Assembly: GCF_003966335.1 (NCBI RefSeq)
Contig: NZ_CP034549.1
Coordinates: forward strand, 270,001-302,000
Origin: Nonlabens ponticola
GTDB lineage: Bacteria > Bacteroidota > Bacteroidia > Flavobacteriales > Flavobacteriaceae
DNA length: 32,000 nucleotides
Direction: 5' to 3'
Numbering within the stretch: the first letter of the stretch is position 1; each line of letters begins with the position of its first letter. Below the pieces are notes generated by a model, which searched no databases, was not told the origin of the DNA, and saw only the letters and a list, made by a program, of their open reading frames with translations. The translations under genes and the position numbers were made by a program. This document shows, one piece after another, positions 1-9,490 of the stretch.

Positions 1-3000
1 TGTTTACTGCCTCAACCTCAAAGGACGTATTGTCGTTATCTTGATTAGGATCATCCTCATCAAGTGATGCGGTAAACCTGCGGTAATCACCTCTTACAAG
101 ATCCAGTGAACCGAAACGCAAGAATGTATCCTCTTCAAAATCTGTCATGTACATTCTCAAGAAACGTATCGCTCTAAAGTCATCAATACCGCCGATGCTC
201 TCTCTTTCTGGATCGTTCAATGGAATACGGAATTGCACCCAGCGTGTTTCTAATGTTGAACCGTTAGGCAAGGTGGTACTTACCGTACGAGAATCATTGA
301 TATACCTATTATTGCCAACGTCCATTCCAGGGAAAATATCGACATCGTATTGGAAATAGCTGTCAATCGTATTCATGGTATTATCACGATTGATATCCTC
401 GACATCTGGCTGCGTGGTAGAACCGCGATTGGTTTGGGTCACCTCGACAGGTGAATTACCTTGAGTATTATTATAACGTTTATATCGTTGCAAAATATCA
501 CCGCTTGCGGCTAGGAAATACTCATAGTTATCGTTTGCCGGATCTTCTGGGCCAAATTCTGGGAACGCTGCAGTTTCTTCTTCATCATTGAAACCATCAA
601 GACCTATATCTTGATTGGCACGCTCTGCACCTTCAGTATCAAAAGCGTAAATCAAGGAATTATTTAATGGTACTTTACCATAAGCGGTAGGAATCGTCAA
701 ACGATCGCCGCCTTCTTCTGGTAAACCATTCTCATATTGCTTACGATTGTCCTTGAGAATATCTTCACTAATACTACCCAGGTTGAAAGAAATAGTACCT
801 CCATCATTTGTAGGCTCGTACATGAAAGGATCCATCATCCAGAATTGGATATATTCAACATTAGTTTGCTCAAAGTCAGTGCTTAAAAACTGTCTTGTGA
901 TTCCACCCCAATTGTCTCCTGGATCTGGTAATGTGTTGGTTCCTGCAGCTTCAGGATTATAGTTGTAGGTTCCACGCTCATCTGGATAGAAAGCTAGGTC
1001 AAGCGTATTTATTACCTGCTGTTGCCCTTGTTGTAAGTCTACCTGCGGGAAAATCTCGTCAATAAATACACGTCTAGTTCTATATTCAGAAAGGTCTGCA
1101 TCTGTGATTTCTCCTGGTCGCTGGCTACCGTAAAATATTGGATCAATGGTGTACCATGCTAATCTCGCGCGACGGTAGTTAAATTCCAACGGATCTGATG
1201 AATTATTCAACCCATCCTGAAACTCTACTGGTGTACTTGACAAATTCCAACTAAGTGGTGATAGGATGTCAATAGTTGTTTGAGATCCTTCAAAATCATC
1301 GACATAGGCTGCTGCACGACCTTCAAAATCATCAGCATCTGGTGATCCTGGAAATAGATAGGCAAACTCACCACGCAACGATAGATTAGATTGTACGTCA
1401 GTATCTACGTTAGGTAACTTATTTACCAGTCTGGTTAAGAAAGGCACCTCTGTATTGTAAAGAAAGTTGGCTCCTACTATGGTATTGTTGATTGGCTCCA
1501 GACCATACGTACTCTTTTGAGTAATAGGACGCTCTTTCAAGTTCAAGAATGTACCACCAACGATGAAGTCCTCGCTAAATTGATGCTCAACATTAATTCC
1601 TGTAAACCTTTTTGTTTGTTGATTGAACAACGAGTTACTTTCAGTAGAAACCTGAATAGGTGTGTTGGAATTTAACAATGCTTGATCTAGTATGATTACT
1701 CGACCAGCGGCATAATCTACTGTGTAGTCAATTCCTTCTTGCAGCGTTCTACCACCAGCAGTAACTGTTACCGATCCACGAGGTAAATTGAATCCACCAA
1801 CGGGTATTCCTTGCTGTCCAGTTGCTTTGTATTCTCCTTTAATCAGGTATTTGTTACGCTCACTATTTTGTAGGGCTTGAGCCTTTGTCGTACGATACAT
1901 GTCTCGATATACATAACGCGCCTGGTTAGCATTATAAGACGAGCGATCATTGTAGTCCTCAATTCCTGATCCTGGTGTATTATCCAGTTCATCAAAAATG
2001 TGCTCACCAAATGGCTCAACGGTTGTAAAAATGATACGTCCTTGATCTGGATCAATGGTTATACCAGGGACGTAATCAAAGAAACCATCACCTGCTGGCT
2101 GTGGATCTAGCTGCTGGTTCAATCTATCGAGATTGAATACACGTATGAGAGTTGTCTCACTCACATCATCTGGCAATGGCACGGCTGGTCGATCTATAGT
2201 TCCTTCAGCTGGTGTGAGGTAGTTTAATTCTGGTGGATATTGATAGAAAATATTCAGCCTAAAATCTTCTGGAGATAATCTAGAGCCACCTAAGTTGTAG
2301 ATGTTCTTCATCATCAAATCCCAAATAGGCTCGGTAACGTTTGTCAAATTACTCTTCAATAACTTCACTACCAGATTTTGGCCTACCGCTGTAGGTTGGG
2401 CGTTTGATGCGTCGTCAACACCGTCGTTAGCATTGACACCATCATTAGCAAATTCACCTACTTGAAATACTTGACCGCCAACGGTGTATTGAAAGGCGAC
2501 CGCAAGTACCTCATCGTTGCTCAATCGTTGGTTCAATGAGATGTAACCTAGTTGAGTATTTAGTTTATACTCATTGACGTTGAGCTTACGAGCATTTTCT
2601 AGAATCGCATAATCAAAGCCTTCATTAACCTGTGCGCTCCCAAATCCTTGCTGTACCGTTGCGATATCCCTAATTGCACTATTCAATATAGTCTCACCAC
2701 CATTAGTGATAGCTACTGGATTAAAGTCATTATTACGGTTGCTAGGAAAAGAACCCGCAGGAGAATTGATAAATCCAGGTGGTTGATCATCCAACCCGAT
2801 ATTATCCTCGTCAGATTCACCTATATCCTGTATAGCTACCAGATTTCTTACATCTTCCGTACGGTTGCTGCGGTTTGTTACCCATACTTCAGCTCTTGTA
2901 ATCTGGATATTAGTATTCAAGAAAGGATAGTTCTCTAGCGTCTCATCATAGTTATCCCTAAAGTAATGGGACAAGAAATAATGCCTATTCTCGTCATAAT

Positions 3001-3880
3001 CCAGCGAGAAAAAGTCAAATTCATTGATAGTCGCACCACCAGCGGCGTTTACTGTTCGAGCCTCCGATTGTTGCTCAGAAAATACAGCGGTCACTCGTGT
3101 TTTACCAAACTGAAGCTCTGCCTTGACACCAAAGAGACTTTGCGCACCACGTATCAATTGAGAATTGAGCGGCATGGCAACGTTACCTACTTCAATGCTT
3201 TGCAGGATGTCATCTTCAGTTGGTGTGTAATCTAGTTTTATCTGGTTTTGAAAGTTAAAATTACTTTCCGTATCATAGTTCGCATTTATGTTAAGTCGCG
3301 TACCTACCGTACCTACAAGACTTAAATTAATTTGCTGGTTGAAGTCAAAGGTGAAATTCTCACGATTACGCGGTGAGAAACTAGGGTTGTCTGTCTTATT
3401 GTAAAGCAATCCTAAATCTACTTGTACGGATCCTTGTGGGTCAAATGAGATCTCATTACTACCAAAAATGCTGGTAAACAACTCAGAATCTACATAGAAA
3501 TTAGGCAGCAATCTTTTTTGCGCTTCTTTATCTTCCTCACTTTTTCCTGCAACAGCAGCCGCTTTTTCCCTAAAGTAATCACGTATTTGCTCCTTGATCA
3601 CGATTTCCTGATACTCCTCACGATTCAATACGTAGGGATATACCAGACTATATTCCTTGAATTTACTAGAGAATATATACCTGTCCAGTACTGGATCATA
3701 TATGTACAATGTCTTGACACTAGGTGGATCTGGCAATGTTATCTTACCTAATTTAAAACCCGTATCAGTAGAATCTTGTGGAGTGGATTGTGGGTCTTGC
3801 GCTTTCGCGAAAGCAAAAACAGCCACACACATAACAACATATAAATACTTGCGTACTTGCTTTAAAGTAAACTGCGTCAA
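1..3880 (-). CDS. sprA: Gliding-motility / type IX secretion cell-surface protein SprA, N-terminal ~1290 codons (gene continues past the left window edge)
   Basis: It is missing from the ORF track because it is truncated by the window edge. Hand translation of the minus frame phased on 3880 is open in the stretches I read (3880->~3480 and 148->1). The N-terminus reads (TTG)TQFTLKQVRKYLYVVMCVAVFAFAKA|QDPQS, a signal peptide, followed by ...EAQKRLLPNFYVDSE.... Near the left edge it reads MTDFEEDTFLRFGSLDLVRGDYRRFTASLDEDDPNQ, which I recognise as SprA-like. Only short plus-strand ORFs occupy the region. The start is TTG at 3880; an in-frame ATG at 3832 would delete the n- and h-regions of the signal peptide. 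Confidence 0.8.
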   Translation of the reverse strand, partial: MTQFTLKQVRKYLYVVMCVAVFAFAKAQDPQSTPQDSTDTGFKLGKITLPDPPSVKTLYIYDPVLDRYIFSSKFKEYSLVYPYVLNREEYQEIVIKEQIRDYFREKAAAVAGKSEEDKEAQKRLLPNFYVDSELFTSIFGSNEISFDPQGSVQVDLGLLYNKTDNPSFSPRNRENFTFDFNQQINLSLVGTVGTRLNINANYDTESNFNFQNQIKLDYTPTEDDILQSIEVGNVAMPLNSQLIRGAQSLFGVKAELQFGKTRVTAVFSEQQSEARTVNAAGGATINEFDFFSLDYDENRHYFLSHYFRDNYDETLENYPFLNTNIQITRAEVWVTNRSNRTEDVRNLVAIQDIGESDEDNIGLDDQPPGFINSPAGSFPSNRNNDFNPVAITNGGETILNSAIRDIATVQQGFGSAQVNEGFDYAILENARKLNVNEYKLNTQLGYISLNQRLSNDEVLAVAFQYTVGGQVFQVGEFANDGVNANDGVDDASNAQPTAVGQNLVVKLLKSNLTNVTEPIWDLMMKNIYNLGGSRLSPEDFRLNIFYQYPPELNYLTPAEGTIDRPAVPLPDDVSETTLIRVFNLDRLNQQLDPQPAGDGFFDYVPGITIDPDQGRIIFTTVEPFGEHIFDELDNTPGSGIEDYNDRSSYNANQARYVYRDMYRTTKAQALQNSERNKYLIKGEYKATGQQGIPVGGFNLPRGSVTVTAGGRTLQEGIDYTVDYAAGRVIILDQALLNSNTPIQVSTESNSLFNQQTKRFTGINVEHQFSEDFIVGGTFLNLKERPITQKSTYGLEPINNTIVGANFLYNTEVPFLTRLVNKLPNVDTDVQSNLSLRGEFAYLFPGSPDADDFEGRAAAYVDDFEGSQTTIDILSPLSWNLSSTPVEFQDGLNNSSDPLEFNYRRARLAWYTIDPIFYGSQRPGEITDADLSEYRTRRVFIDEIFPQVDLQQGQQQVINTLDLAFYPDERGTYNYNPEAAGTNTLPDPGDNWGGITRQFLSTDFEQTNVEYIQFWMMDPFMYEPTNDGGTISFNLGSISEDILKDNRKQYENGLPEEGGDRLTIPTAYGKVPLNNSLIYAFDTEGAERANQDIGLDGFNDEEETAAFPEFGPEDPANDNYEYFLAASGDILQRYKRYNNTQGNSPVEVTQTNRGSTTQPDVEDINRDNTMNTIDSYFQYDVDIFPGMDVGNNRYINDSRTVSTTLPNGSTLETRWVQFRIPLNDPERESIGGIDDFRAIRFLRMYMTDFEEDTFLRFGSLDLVRGDYRRFTASLDEDDPNQDNDNTSFEVEAVN
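3801..3814. repeat. Copy of the palindrome GCTTTCGCGAAAGC inside the sprA signal-peptide coding region (read as A-F-A-K-A)
   Basis: Exact 14-mer read in the sequence. The frame was checked against the TTG at 3880: A23 starts at 3814. Confidence 0.9.
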
Positions 3881-3883
3881 ATC

Positions 3884-4465
3884 CTATAGTTGTTTAAGTG
3901 CTTCTTTGATAAGTTGTTCGGTAGTGGCGTCTGACTGAGCCTGAAGGATCTTATCCACGACTTTTTGCGCCTGTTTGCGCTGGTAACCCAACGTCTCTAA
4001 GGCAGATAACGCCTCATCCTTGCCTCTATTGCTTGGCAATACAGAAATTTGTGGATCCTCGAGCACTTGTAGAATTTTATCCTTGAGATCCAGAATTACT
4101 CGTTGAGCAGTTTTGGCACCTATTCCCTTGACGCTTTGTATTGTGCGCACATCACCATTTGCGATTGCCTGTGCGATCTGCGACGGGTCCAGGCTTGACA
4201 ACATGGTACGCGCGGTGTTGGCACCAATGCCAGAAACAGAAATTAAAAGCTTGAAAACCTCACGTTCACTTTTTTCTGCAAAACCGAATAATCGCTGCGC
4301 ATCCTCACGCACCATAAAATAGGTGTACAATTTGATCATCTCACCATCAGGAATCAAACCATAAGTGTGTAGGGAAATTTCTACAAAGTAACCAACGCCA
4401 TGGCAGTCTATGACTACATCGGTCAGGTTCTTCTCAATCAGCTGGCCTTGAATCTGGGCTATCAT
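3884..4465 (-). CDS. ruvA: Holliday junction branch migration complex subunit RuvA
   Basis: 193-aa ORF with an ATG start. The N-terminus MIAQIQGQLIEKNLTDVVIDCHGVGYFVEISLHTY is typical RuvA domain I. HhH region SVSGIGANTARTMLS / VKGIGAKTAQRVILDLK. Confidence 0.95.
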   Translation of the reverse strand: MIAQIQGQLIEKNLTDVVIDCHGVGYFVEISLHTYGLIPDGEMIKLYTYFMVREDAQRLFGFAEKSEREVFKLLISVSGIGANTARTMLSSLDPSQIAQAIANGDVRTIQSVKGIGAKTAQRVILDLKDKILQVLEDPQISVLPSNRGKDEALSALETLGYQRKQAQKVVDKILQAQSDATTEQLIKEALKQL

Positions 4466-4488
4466 TTAACAGGAAATTCTGAATCGCT

Positions 4489-4496
4489 CAAAAGTA
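4489..4496 (-). promoter_or_regulatory. Candidate Bacteroidota sigma-A -7 box (TACTTTTG) for ruvA-sprA
   Basis: Exact TAnnTTTG match on the minus strand ~24 nt upstream of the ruvA ATG and downstream of the maeB terminator. Confidence 0.4.
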
Positions 4497-4542
4497 ACGA
4501 AATATCTACAACAACAGCGTATGCCTTTAAAGATGGGCTGTT

Positions 4543-4574
4543 AAAAAACAACGGCGATTTTTTAAATCACCGTT
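4543..4574 (-). terminator. Intrinsic terminator of maeB (hairpin AACGGTGAT/ATCGCCGTT followed by a T-run); its 5' arm overlaps the last maeB codons and the stop
   Basis: The minus strand reads acg gtg att TAA aaaatcgccgttgtttttt. This is a 9-bp stem with one mismatch, a 7-nt loop, then GTTTTTT. Confidence 0.6.
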
Positions 4575-6874
4575 TTATCATTTTTTTGAGCATTTTGAGC
4601 TGCTTTCTTCTCCTTTTGCTGTGCATCGATAACGGCAACGGCAGCCATATTCACAATCTCGTCCACACTAGCACCCAATTGTAATATGTGTACCGGCTTT
4701 TGCATACCCATCATGATAGGACCTATGGAGTCGATGCCGCGCAATTCCTTAAGTAATTTATACGTAGAGTTACCGCTCTCAAGATTAGGGAATACCAGCA
4801 CGTTCACTTTCTTACCAGCAAGCTTTGAGAAAGGGAATTTAGTTTCTAACAGTTTTGAATTCAAGGCAAAATCTGTCTGGATCTCACCATCAACAACGAT
4901 ACTAGGATAATACTGGTGTAGGTATTTGACTGCATCTGTCACCTTGCTAGCGTTGGGATGCTTGCTGGAACCGAAGTTGGCGTAAGAAATCATCGCAATG
5001 TTGGGATCAATACCAAACATTTGTGCCGTTCTTCCTGTCATTTGAGCAATTTTGGCCAGAGCCATAGCGTCTGGATCAATATTGATCGAGGTATCAGATA
5101 TAAATAGTGGACCACGATCAGTCACCATTAAATTGGTTGTTGCTATTTTCTCGACACCTGGCGCCATGCCTATAATCTCCATCATGGGACGTACAGATCT
5201 TGGGTAGGATTGTGCCACACCAGTAATCAAACAGTCTGCATCACCTACCTTGACCATCATGGCGGCAAAATAGTTACGTTGTCTCAACGTCTTGCCTGCA
5301 TCAAACTCAGTCACTCCTTTACGACTGCGCAACTTCCAGAACTCGTCTGCATAACGATCGCGACGCGCTTTCTCATCATCAGACTTTGGATCGATGATCA
5401 AGCAAGGCTGGTCAAATTCCAGCTCCTGCATTAATTCCTCGATGACATCTTTTCTACCTAGAAGTATAGGAGTTCCTATACCTTCTTCCAGCACAATTTG
5501 TGCTGCCTTAAGAACGTCAAGGTTATCAGCCTCTGCAAACACAATGCGTTTAGGGTTGATACGAGCACGATTCAAGATCAATCGCACCAGTTTGTTATCA
5601 GATCCCATGCGAGAAAGCAGTTGCTCCTCATATTTTTCCCAATCTGTGATTGGGTCCTGCGCTACGCCACTTTCCATCGCAGCTCGAGCTACTGCTGGTG
5701 GTATGGTTGCGATCAATCTAGGATCAAATGGTTTAGGGATGATATAATCTCTACCAAAGGTGAGCTTCAATTCACCGTAAGCTATGTTTACTTGTTCTGG
5801 TACAGGTTCTTTGGCAAGTTGGGCAATAGCTTTGGTTGCCGCCATCTTCATCTCTTCATTGATCTTGGTCGCGCGCACATCCATCGCACCTCTAAAGATG
5901 AATGGGAAGCCCAACACATTATTTACCTGATTAGGATGATCACTACGACCCGTTGCCATGATGATATCCTCACGTGCTGCCATGGCGAGATCATAATCAA
6001 TCTCTGGCGTTGGATTTGCCATTGCAAAAACGATAGGATTATCATTCATGCTCTTAATCATTTCCTGCGAGACGATGTTACCAGCTGATAGTCCCAGGAA
6101 CACATCGCTGCCCTTCATGGCGTCTGCCATACTCATAGCAGAATTTGTAGATGCAAATTGCATTTGCATCTCGCCTAGATCCGTTCGTGATGTAGTGATC
6201 AATCCATCGATGTCATACATCATGATGTTTTCCCTGCGCGCACCTAACTTTACATACAAAGAAGTACAGGAAATCGCGGCACTACCAGCGCCAGATATCA
6301 CGATACGTACATCTTCTATTTTCTTTTCTGCTAGCTCTAACGCATTGAGCAACGCCGCACTGGAAATAATCGCGGTACCGTGCTGGTCATCGTGCATCAC
6401 TGGAATATCAAGCTCTTCTTTAAGCCTGCGCTCAATTTCAAAAGCTTCTGGCGCCTTGATGTCCTCAAGATTAATCCCGCCAAAAGTTGGAGCAATATTC
6501 TTGACCGTGGCAATGAACTCCTCTACATCCTTAGTATCTACCTCAATGTCAAAACAATCAAGATCTGCAAAAATCTTGAAGAGCAAGCCTTTTCCTTCCA
6601 TTACTGGCTTGCTTGCTTCTGGGCCTATATCTCCTAATCCTAGAACAGCTGTACCGTTAGAAATTACGGCAACAAGATTTCCTTTGGTTGTGTACTTGTA
6701 AACGTTTGACTTATCCTTGGCTATTTCCAGGCAAGGTTCTGCAACGCCTGGACTGTAGGCTAGCGAAAGGTCTCGCTGGCTGCTATATTTTTTGGTAGGG
6801 ACAACTTTTATCTTTCCTGGAGTCGGTTTTGCGTGGTAAACTAAGGCTTCCCGACGTTTGCTAGGTTTGCTCAT
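4562..6874 (-). CDS. maeB: NADP-dependent malic enzyme (malic-enzyme domain fused to a phosphate-acetyltransferase-like domain)
   Basis: 770-aa ORF with an ATG start. It has an N-terminal malic enzyme/NAD(P)-binding region (SNGTAVLGLGDIGP, VISGAGSAAIS Rossmann motif) and a ~330-aa C-terminal PTA-like domain. Length and architecture match MaeB-type enzymes. Confidence 0.92.
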   Translation of the reverse strand: MSKPSKRREALVYHAKPTPGKIKVVPTKKYSSQRDLSLAYSPGVAEPCLEIAKDKSNVYKYTTKGNLVAVISNGTAVLGLGDIGPEASKPVMEGKGLLFKIFADLDCFDIEVDTKDVEEFIATVKNIAPTFGGINLEDIKAPEAFEIERRLKEELDIPVMHDDQHGTAIISSAALLNALELAEKKIEDVRIVISGAGSAAISCTSLYVKLGARRENIMMYDIDGLITTSRTDLGEMQMQFASTNSAMSMADAMKGSDVFLGLSAGNIVSQEMIKSMNDNPIVFAMANPTPEIDYDLAMAAREDIIMATGRSDHPNQVNNVLGFPFIFRGAMDVRATKINEEMKMAATKAIAQLAKEPVPEQVNIAYGELKLTFGRDYIIPKPFDPRLIATIPPAVARAAMESGVAQDPITDWEKYEEQLLSRMGSDNKLVRLILNRARINPKRIVFAEADNLDVLKAAQIVLEEGIGTPILLGRKDVIEELMQELEFDQPCLIIDPKSDDEKARRDRYADEFWKLRSRKGVTEFDAGKTLRQRNYFAAMMVKVGDADCLITGVAQSYPRSVRPMMEIIGMAPGVEKIATTNLMVTDRGPLFISDTSINIDPDAMALAKIAQMTGRTAQMFGIDPNIAMISYANFGSSKHPNASKVTDAVKYLHQYYPSIVVDGEIQTDFALNSKLLETKFPFSKLAGKKVNVLVFPNLESGNSTYKLLKELRGIDSIGPIMMGMQKPVHILQLGASVDEIVNMAAVAVIDAQQKEKKAAQNAQKNDKTVI

Positions 6875-6897
6875 AAAGTGCTTTTTTAGGGCAGCAT

Positions 6898-6905
6898 CAA
6901 AGGTA
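6898..6905 (-). promoter_or_regulatory. Candidate -7 box (TACCTTTG) for maeB
   Basis: Exact TAnnTTTG match on the minus strand ~24 nt upstream of the maeB ATG. Confidence 0.4.
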
Positions 6906-7042
6906 AGTTTTTATGATGTAGTCAGCGAGTGGTGAATATGAACTTGAATTTGAAACTGAAAGTGAATGTTCCTTATATCAGGTAGCTGACTTTACATTCT
7001 GCAGTTCTACTCTATTTGATCTTGTAAGAATGAACATTATGA

Positions 7043-7085
7043 TTACGCTTTCGCGCCTGCCTGCCGGTCAGGCAGGAAAGCGTGA
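7043..7085. repeat. Composite nested palindrome: arms of the TTACGCTTTCGCG...AAAGCGT repeat interrupted by a second hairpin, CCTGCCTG-ccggt-CAGGCAGG
   Basis: Read directly as ttacgctttcgcgCCTGCCTGccggtCAGGCAGGaaagcgtga. It lies 21 nt downstream of the P450 stop and could act as a stem-loop at the transcript's 3' end, but no T-run follows. Confidence 0.8.
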
Positions 7086-7105
7086 TAGTTCAAAATTTAC
7101 TGCAA

Positions 7106-8440
7106 CTATCTAGACTTAAAGACGACTTGAGCATTTTTAGGTCGCAGTGTGATTAGCGGATGGTATTCGATCGTATCTCCTACTGGTTCCAGCTTGTATT
7201 TAATTAAGATATTCTTGATGACGAGCATCATTTCAAACATGGCAAAATTATTCCCGATGCACATTCTGGGTCCAGCGCCAAATGGAAAGTATTGATCGCT
7301 GTAACTTTTACGTTTATCAGCATCAAAGCGTTGCGGCACAAAATCATCCGGGCTGTCCCATAAATCTTTCCTGCGATGCATTTCATAAAATGAAATGAGC
7401 CAGATGCTATCTTTCTTAAGTTCAATATCGCCACAGACATCATCGTCAACAGCCACACGATCAGTCACGTAGGCTGGTGGATATAAGCGCATGGTTTCTT
7501 CCAGTACTCGTTTTATGTGATCAAGTTCTTTCATTTGCGTCATCAAGTCCGGCGTGCTTACCTGTGATGCCTGGTCACGCGCTAATGCAGCTTCATCGGG
7601 ATGATGAGCGAGCAGTTGCGTGGCAAATGTGAGGACATTTGCTGTGGTCTCATGACCAGCAATGAACAGCACTAGTATCTCGTCAATAAGCTGGCGATCA
7701 CTCATGTGTGTACCGTCCTCATAGGTAGATTGCAACAGCATATCCAATAGATCGCCGTACTCTTTTTGCTCTTTCCTGCGCTGGTCAATAATATCTTGTA
7801 AGATCTCGCGTGCCTCATCAATCAATTTGAGATGATAAGCGACGCTGCTGTTTCCAGATAACCACTGGCGATCATAGTACCACATAAGAAATGGCAACCG
7901 CAGTTCTTTAATGAGCATTTTTTGAGCTTGCTCTGTAATGTGCTGCAAGCGATTGATGCGCTCATCCATATCTTCAAGATAAAACAGACTTTTTGCCACA
8001 ACCTTAAATGCTAAATCGCTGAATATCTCATGAATATCTACCTCTATGTCAGGCTTGATGCGATCTAATTCTTTTAGGATTACTTTATTCATGGAATCCA
8101 TGAGCGTGGCAAGCTGCTTTTTGTAAAAGGCTGGCTGGACGAGCTTTCTATTCTTACGCCAGTTCTCGCCATTTGCCGTGAGCAATCCATGACCTATGTA
8201 TTTACCTAGATCGTCTGTTTGTAAACTGGATTTATGGTAATTACGCTGGTTTTTCTGCAGGATATGCTGTGTCAGTGTAGTATCACAGGTAAAGTGAATT
8301 ACCAATCCTGGCTTAGGACTTATTTTAAATGTGTGACCGTATCGTTGGAAATTCTCTCGATGAAACGGCAATGGATCCTTGTATATCTGTGCTGACTTTG
8401 AGAGAAAACGAAAAGCAGAAACTTTGTCAATCTTGCGCAT
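7106..8440 (-). CDS. Cytochrome P450 monooxygenase
   Basis: 444-aa ORF with I-helix FIAGHETT, K-helix ExxR (EETMRLYPP) and the heme-thiolate loop FPFGAGPRMCIGNNFA. It starts 2 nt after the ruvB stop. Confidence 0.92.
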   Translation of the reverse strand: MRKIDKVSAFRFLSKSAQIYKDPLPFHRENFQRYGHTFKISPKPGLVIHFTCDTTLTQHILQKNQRNYHKSSLQTDDLGKYIGHGLLTANGENWRKNRKLVQPAFYKKQLATLMDSMNKVILKELDRIKPDIEVDIHEIFSDLAFKVVAKSLFYLEDMDERINRLQHITEQAQKMLIKELRLPFLMWYYDRQWLSGNSSVAYHLKLIDEAREILQDIIDQRRKEQKEYGDLLDMLLQSTYEDGTHMSDRQLIDEILVLFIAGHETTANVLTFATQLLAHHPDEAALARDQASQVSTPDLMTQMKELDHIKRVLEETMRLYPPAYVTDRVAVDDDVCGDIELKKDSIWLISFYEMHRRKDLWDSPDDFVPQRFDADKRKSYSDQYFPFGAGPRMCIGNNFAMFEMMLVIKNILIKYKLEPVGDTIEYHPLITLRPKNAQVVFKSR

Positions 8441-8442
8441 AT

Positions 8443-9474
8443 CTAACTTTGGTCGAAAAGTCCACCAGTTCTTGCACTAGGCACGCGATCTAGATGTTTG
8501 TAGGCAAGCTCTGTTACCTCACGACCACGTGGTGTTCTTATGATAAATCCTTGTTGGATCAAGAATGGCTCGTAAACCTCTTCAATAGTCTCCGCACTTT
8601 CTGACACGGCGGTCGACAAGGTGGTTATTCCTACAGGGCCGCCTTTAAATTTATCAATGATAGTGGTGAGGATTTTGTTATCCATCTCGTCCAGACCATG
8701 AGCGTCCACATTAAGCGCTTTGAGAGAAAATTGTGATATATCCAGATCGATGGTTCCGTTTCCTTTAATCTGCGCAAAATCTCGCACACGGCGTAATAAA
8801 GCATTTGCGATACGCGGTGTACCGCGACTGCGTCCAGCGATCTCAATGGCGGCATTTGATTCTATGTCGACATTCAGAATTTCAGAACTGCGCGTGACAA
8901 TCGTTGATAATAACTCTGTAGTGTAATACTGCAATCGTGATGAAATTCCAAATCTTGCTCGCATAGGCGCAGTAAGCAAACCGCTTCTCGTCGTAGCACC
9001 TATCAGCGTGAATGGTGCTAAATTAATTTGTACGGTGCGCGCATTGGGACCAGTCTCGATCATGATATCGATCTTATAATCTTCCATCGCGCTGTACAGA
9101 TATTCTTCTACTATTGGACTCAATCTATGAATCTCGTCAATGAACAATACATCACGCTCGTCTAGATTTGTAAGTAACCCAGCGAGATCACCCGGTTTGT
9201 CAAGTACAGGACCGCTGGTAACTTTGATACCTACACCTAGCTCTGCCGCCAGGATGTGAGCCAGTGTGGTTTTACCTAGTCCTGGTGGACCATGGAAGAG
9301 TGTGTGATCTAAGGCTTCACCGCGCTGGTTTGCGGCCTGAACAAAGATTTTTAAGTTCTCTAATATCTGATCTTGACCTGCAAAATCATCAAATGATAAG
9401 GGACGCAATGCTCTTTCAATGTCTTGATCTTCGGGTGTAAATTGATCTCCTGTCGCATCCAGATTTTCATTCAT
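8443..9474 (-). CDS. ruvB: Holliday junction branch migration DNA helicase RuvB
   Basis: 343-aa ORF with an ATG start. Walker [10 protein letters not shown], Walker [11 protein letters not shown], sensor/arginine-finger region [16 protein letters not shown] and a C-terminal winged-helix region. Confidence 0.96.
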   Translation of the reverse strand: MNENLDATGDQFTPEDQDIERALRPLSFDDFAGQDQILENLKIFVQAANQRGEALDHTLFHGPPGLGKTTLAHILAAELGVGIKVTSGPVLDKPGDLAGLLTNLDERDVLFIDEIHRLSPIVEEYLYSAMEDYKIDIMIETGPNARTVQINLAPFTLIGATTRSGLLTAPMRARFGISSRLQYYTTELLSTIVTRSSEILNVDIESNAAIEIAGRSRGTPRIANALLRRVRDFAQIKGNGTIDLDISQFSLKALNVDAHGLDEMDNKILTTIIDKFKGGPVGITTLSTAVSESAETIEEVYEPFLIQQGFIIRTPRGREVTELAYKHLDRVPSARTGGLFDQS

Positions 9475-9490
9475 GTTTCAAAGATAATCG

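Noticed and set aside
147-3938. Nine short plus-strand ORFs (69-96 aa) and one 70-aa minus ORF in the first 3.9 kb
   Set aside because: The region is covered by the long open minus-strand sprA frame, which the track omits because the gene is cut by the window edge. The small ORFs have no recognisable features.
5394-6701. Plus-strand ORFs of 117, 196 and 217 aa antisense to maeB
   Set aside because: They are entirely embedded in a confidently identified 770-aa gene. Their sequences are Ser/Ile/Cys-rich with no motifs. They are typical shadow ORFs.
9479-9486. TATCTTTG (-7-box match) upstream of ruvB
   Set aside because: It is only 4 nt from the ATG. A transcript starting after it would lack the start codon, and ruvB has no alternative downstream start near its N-terminus.
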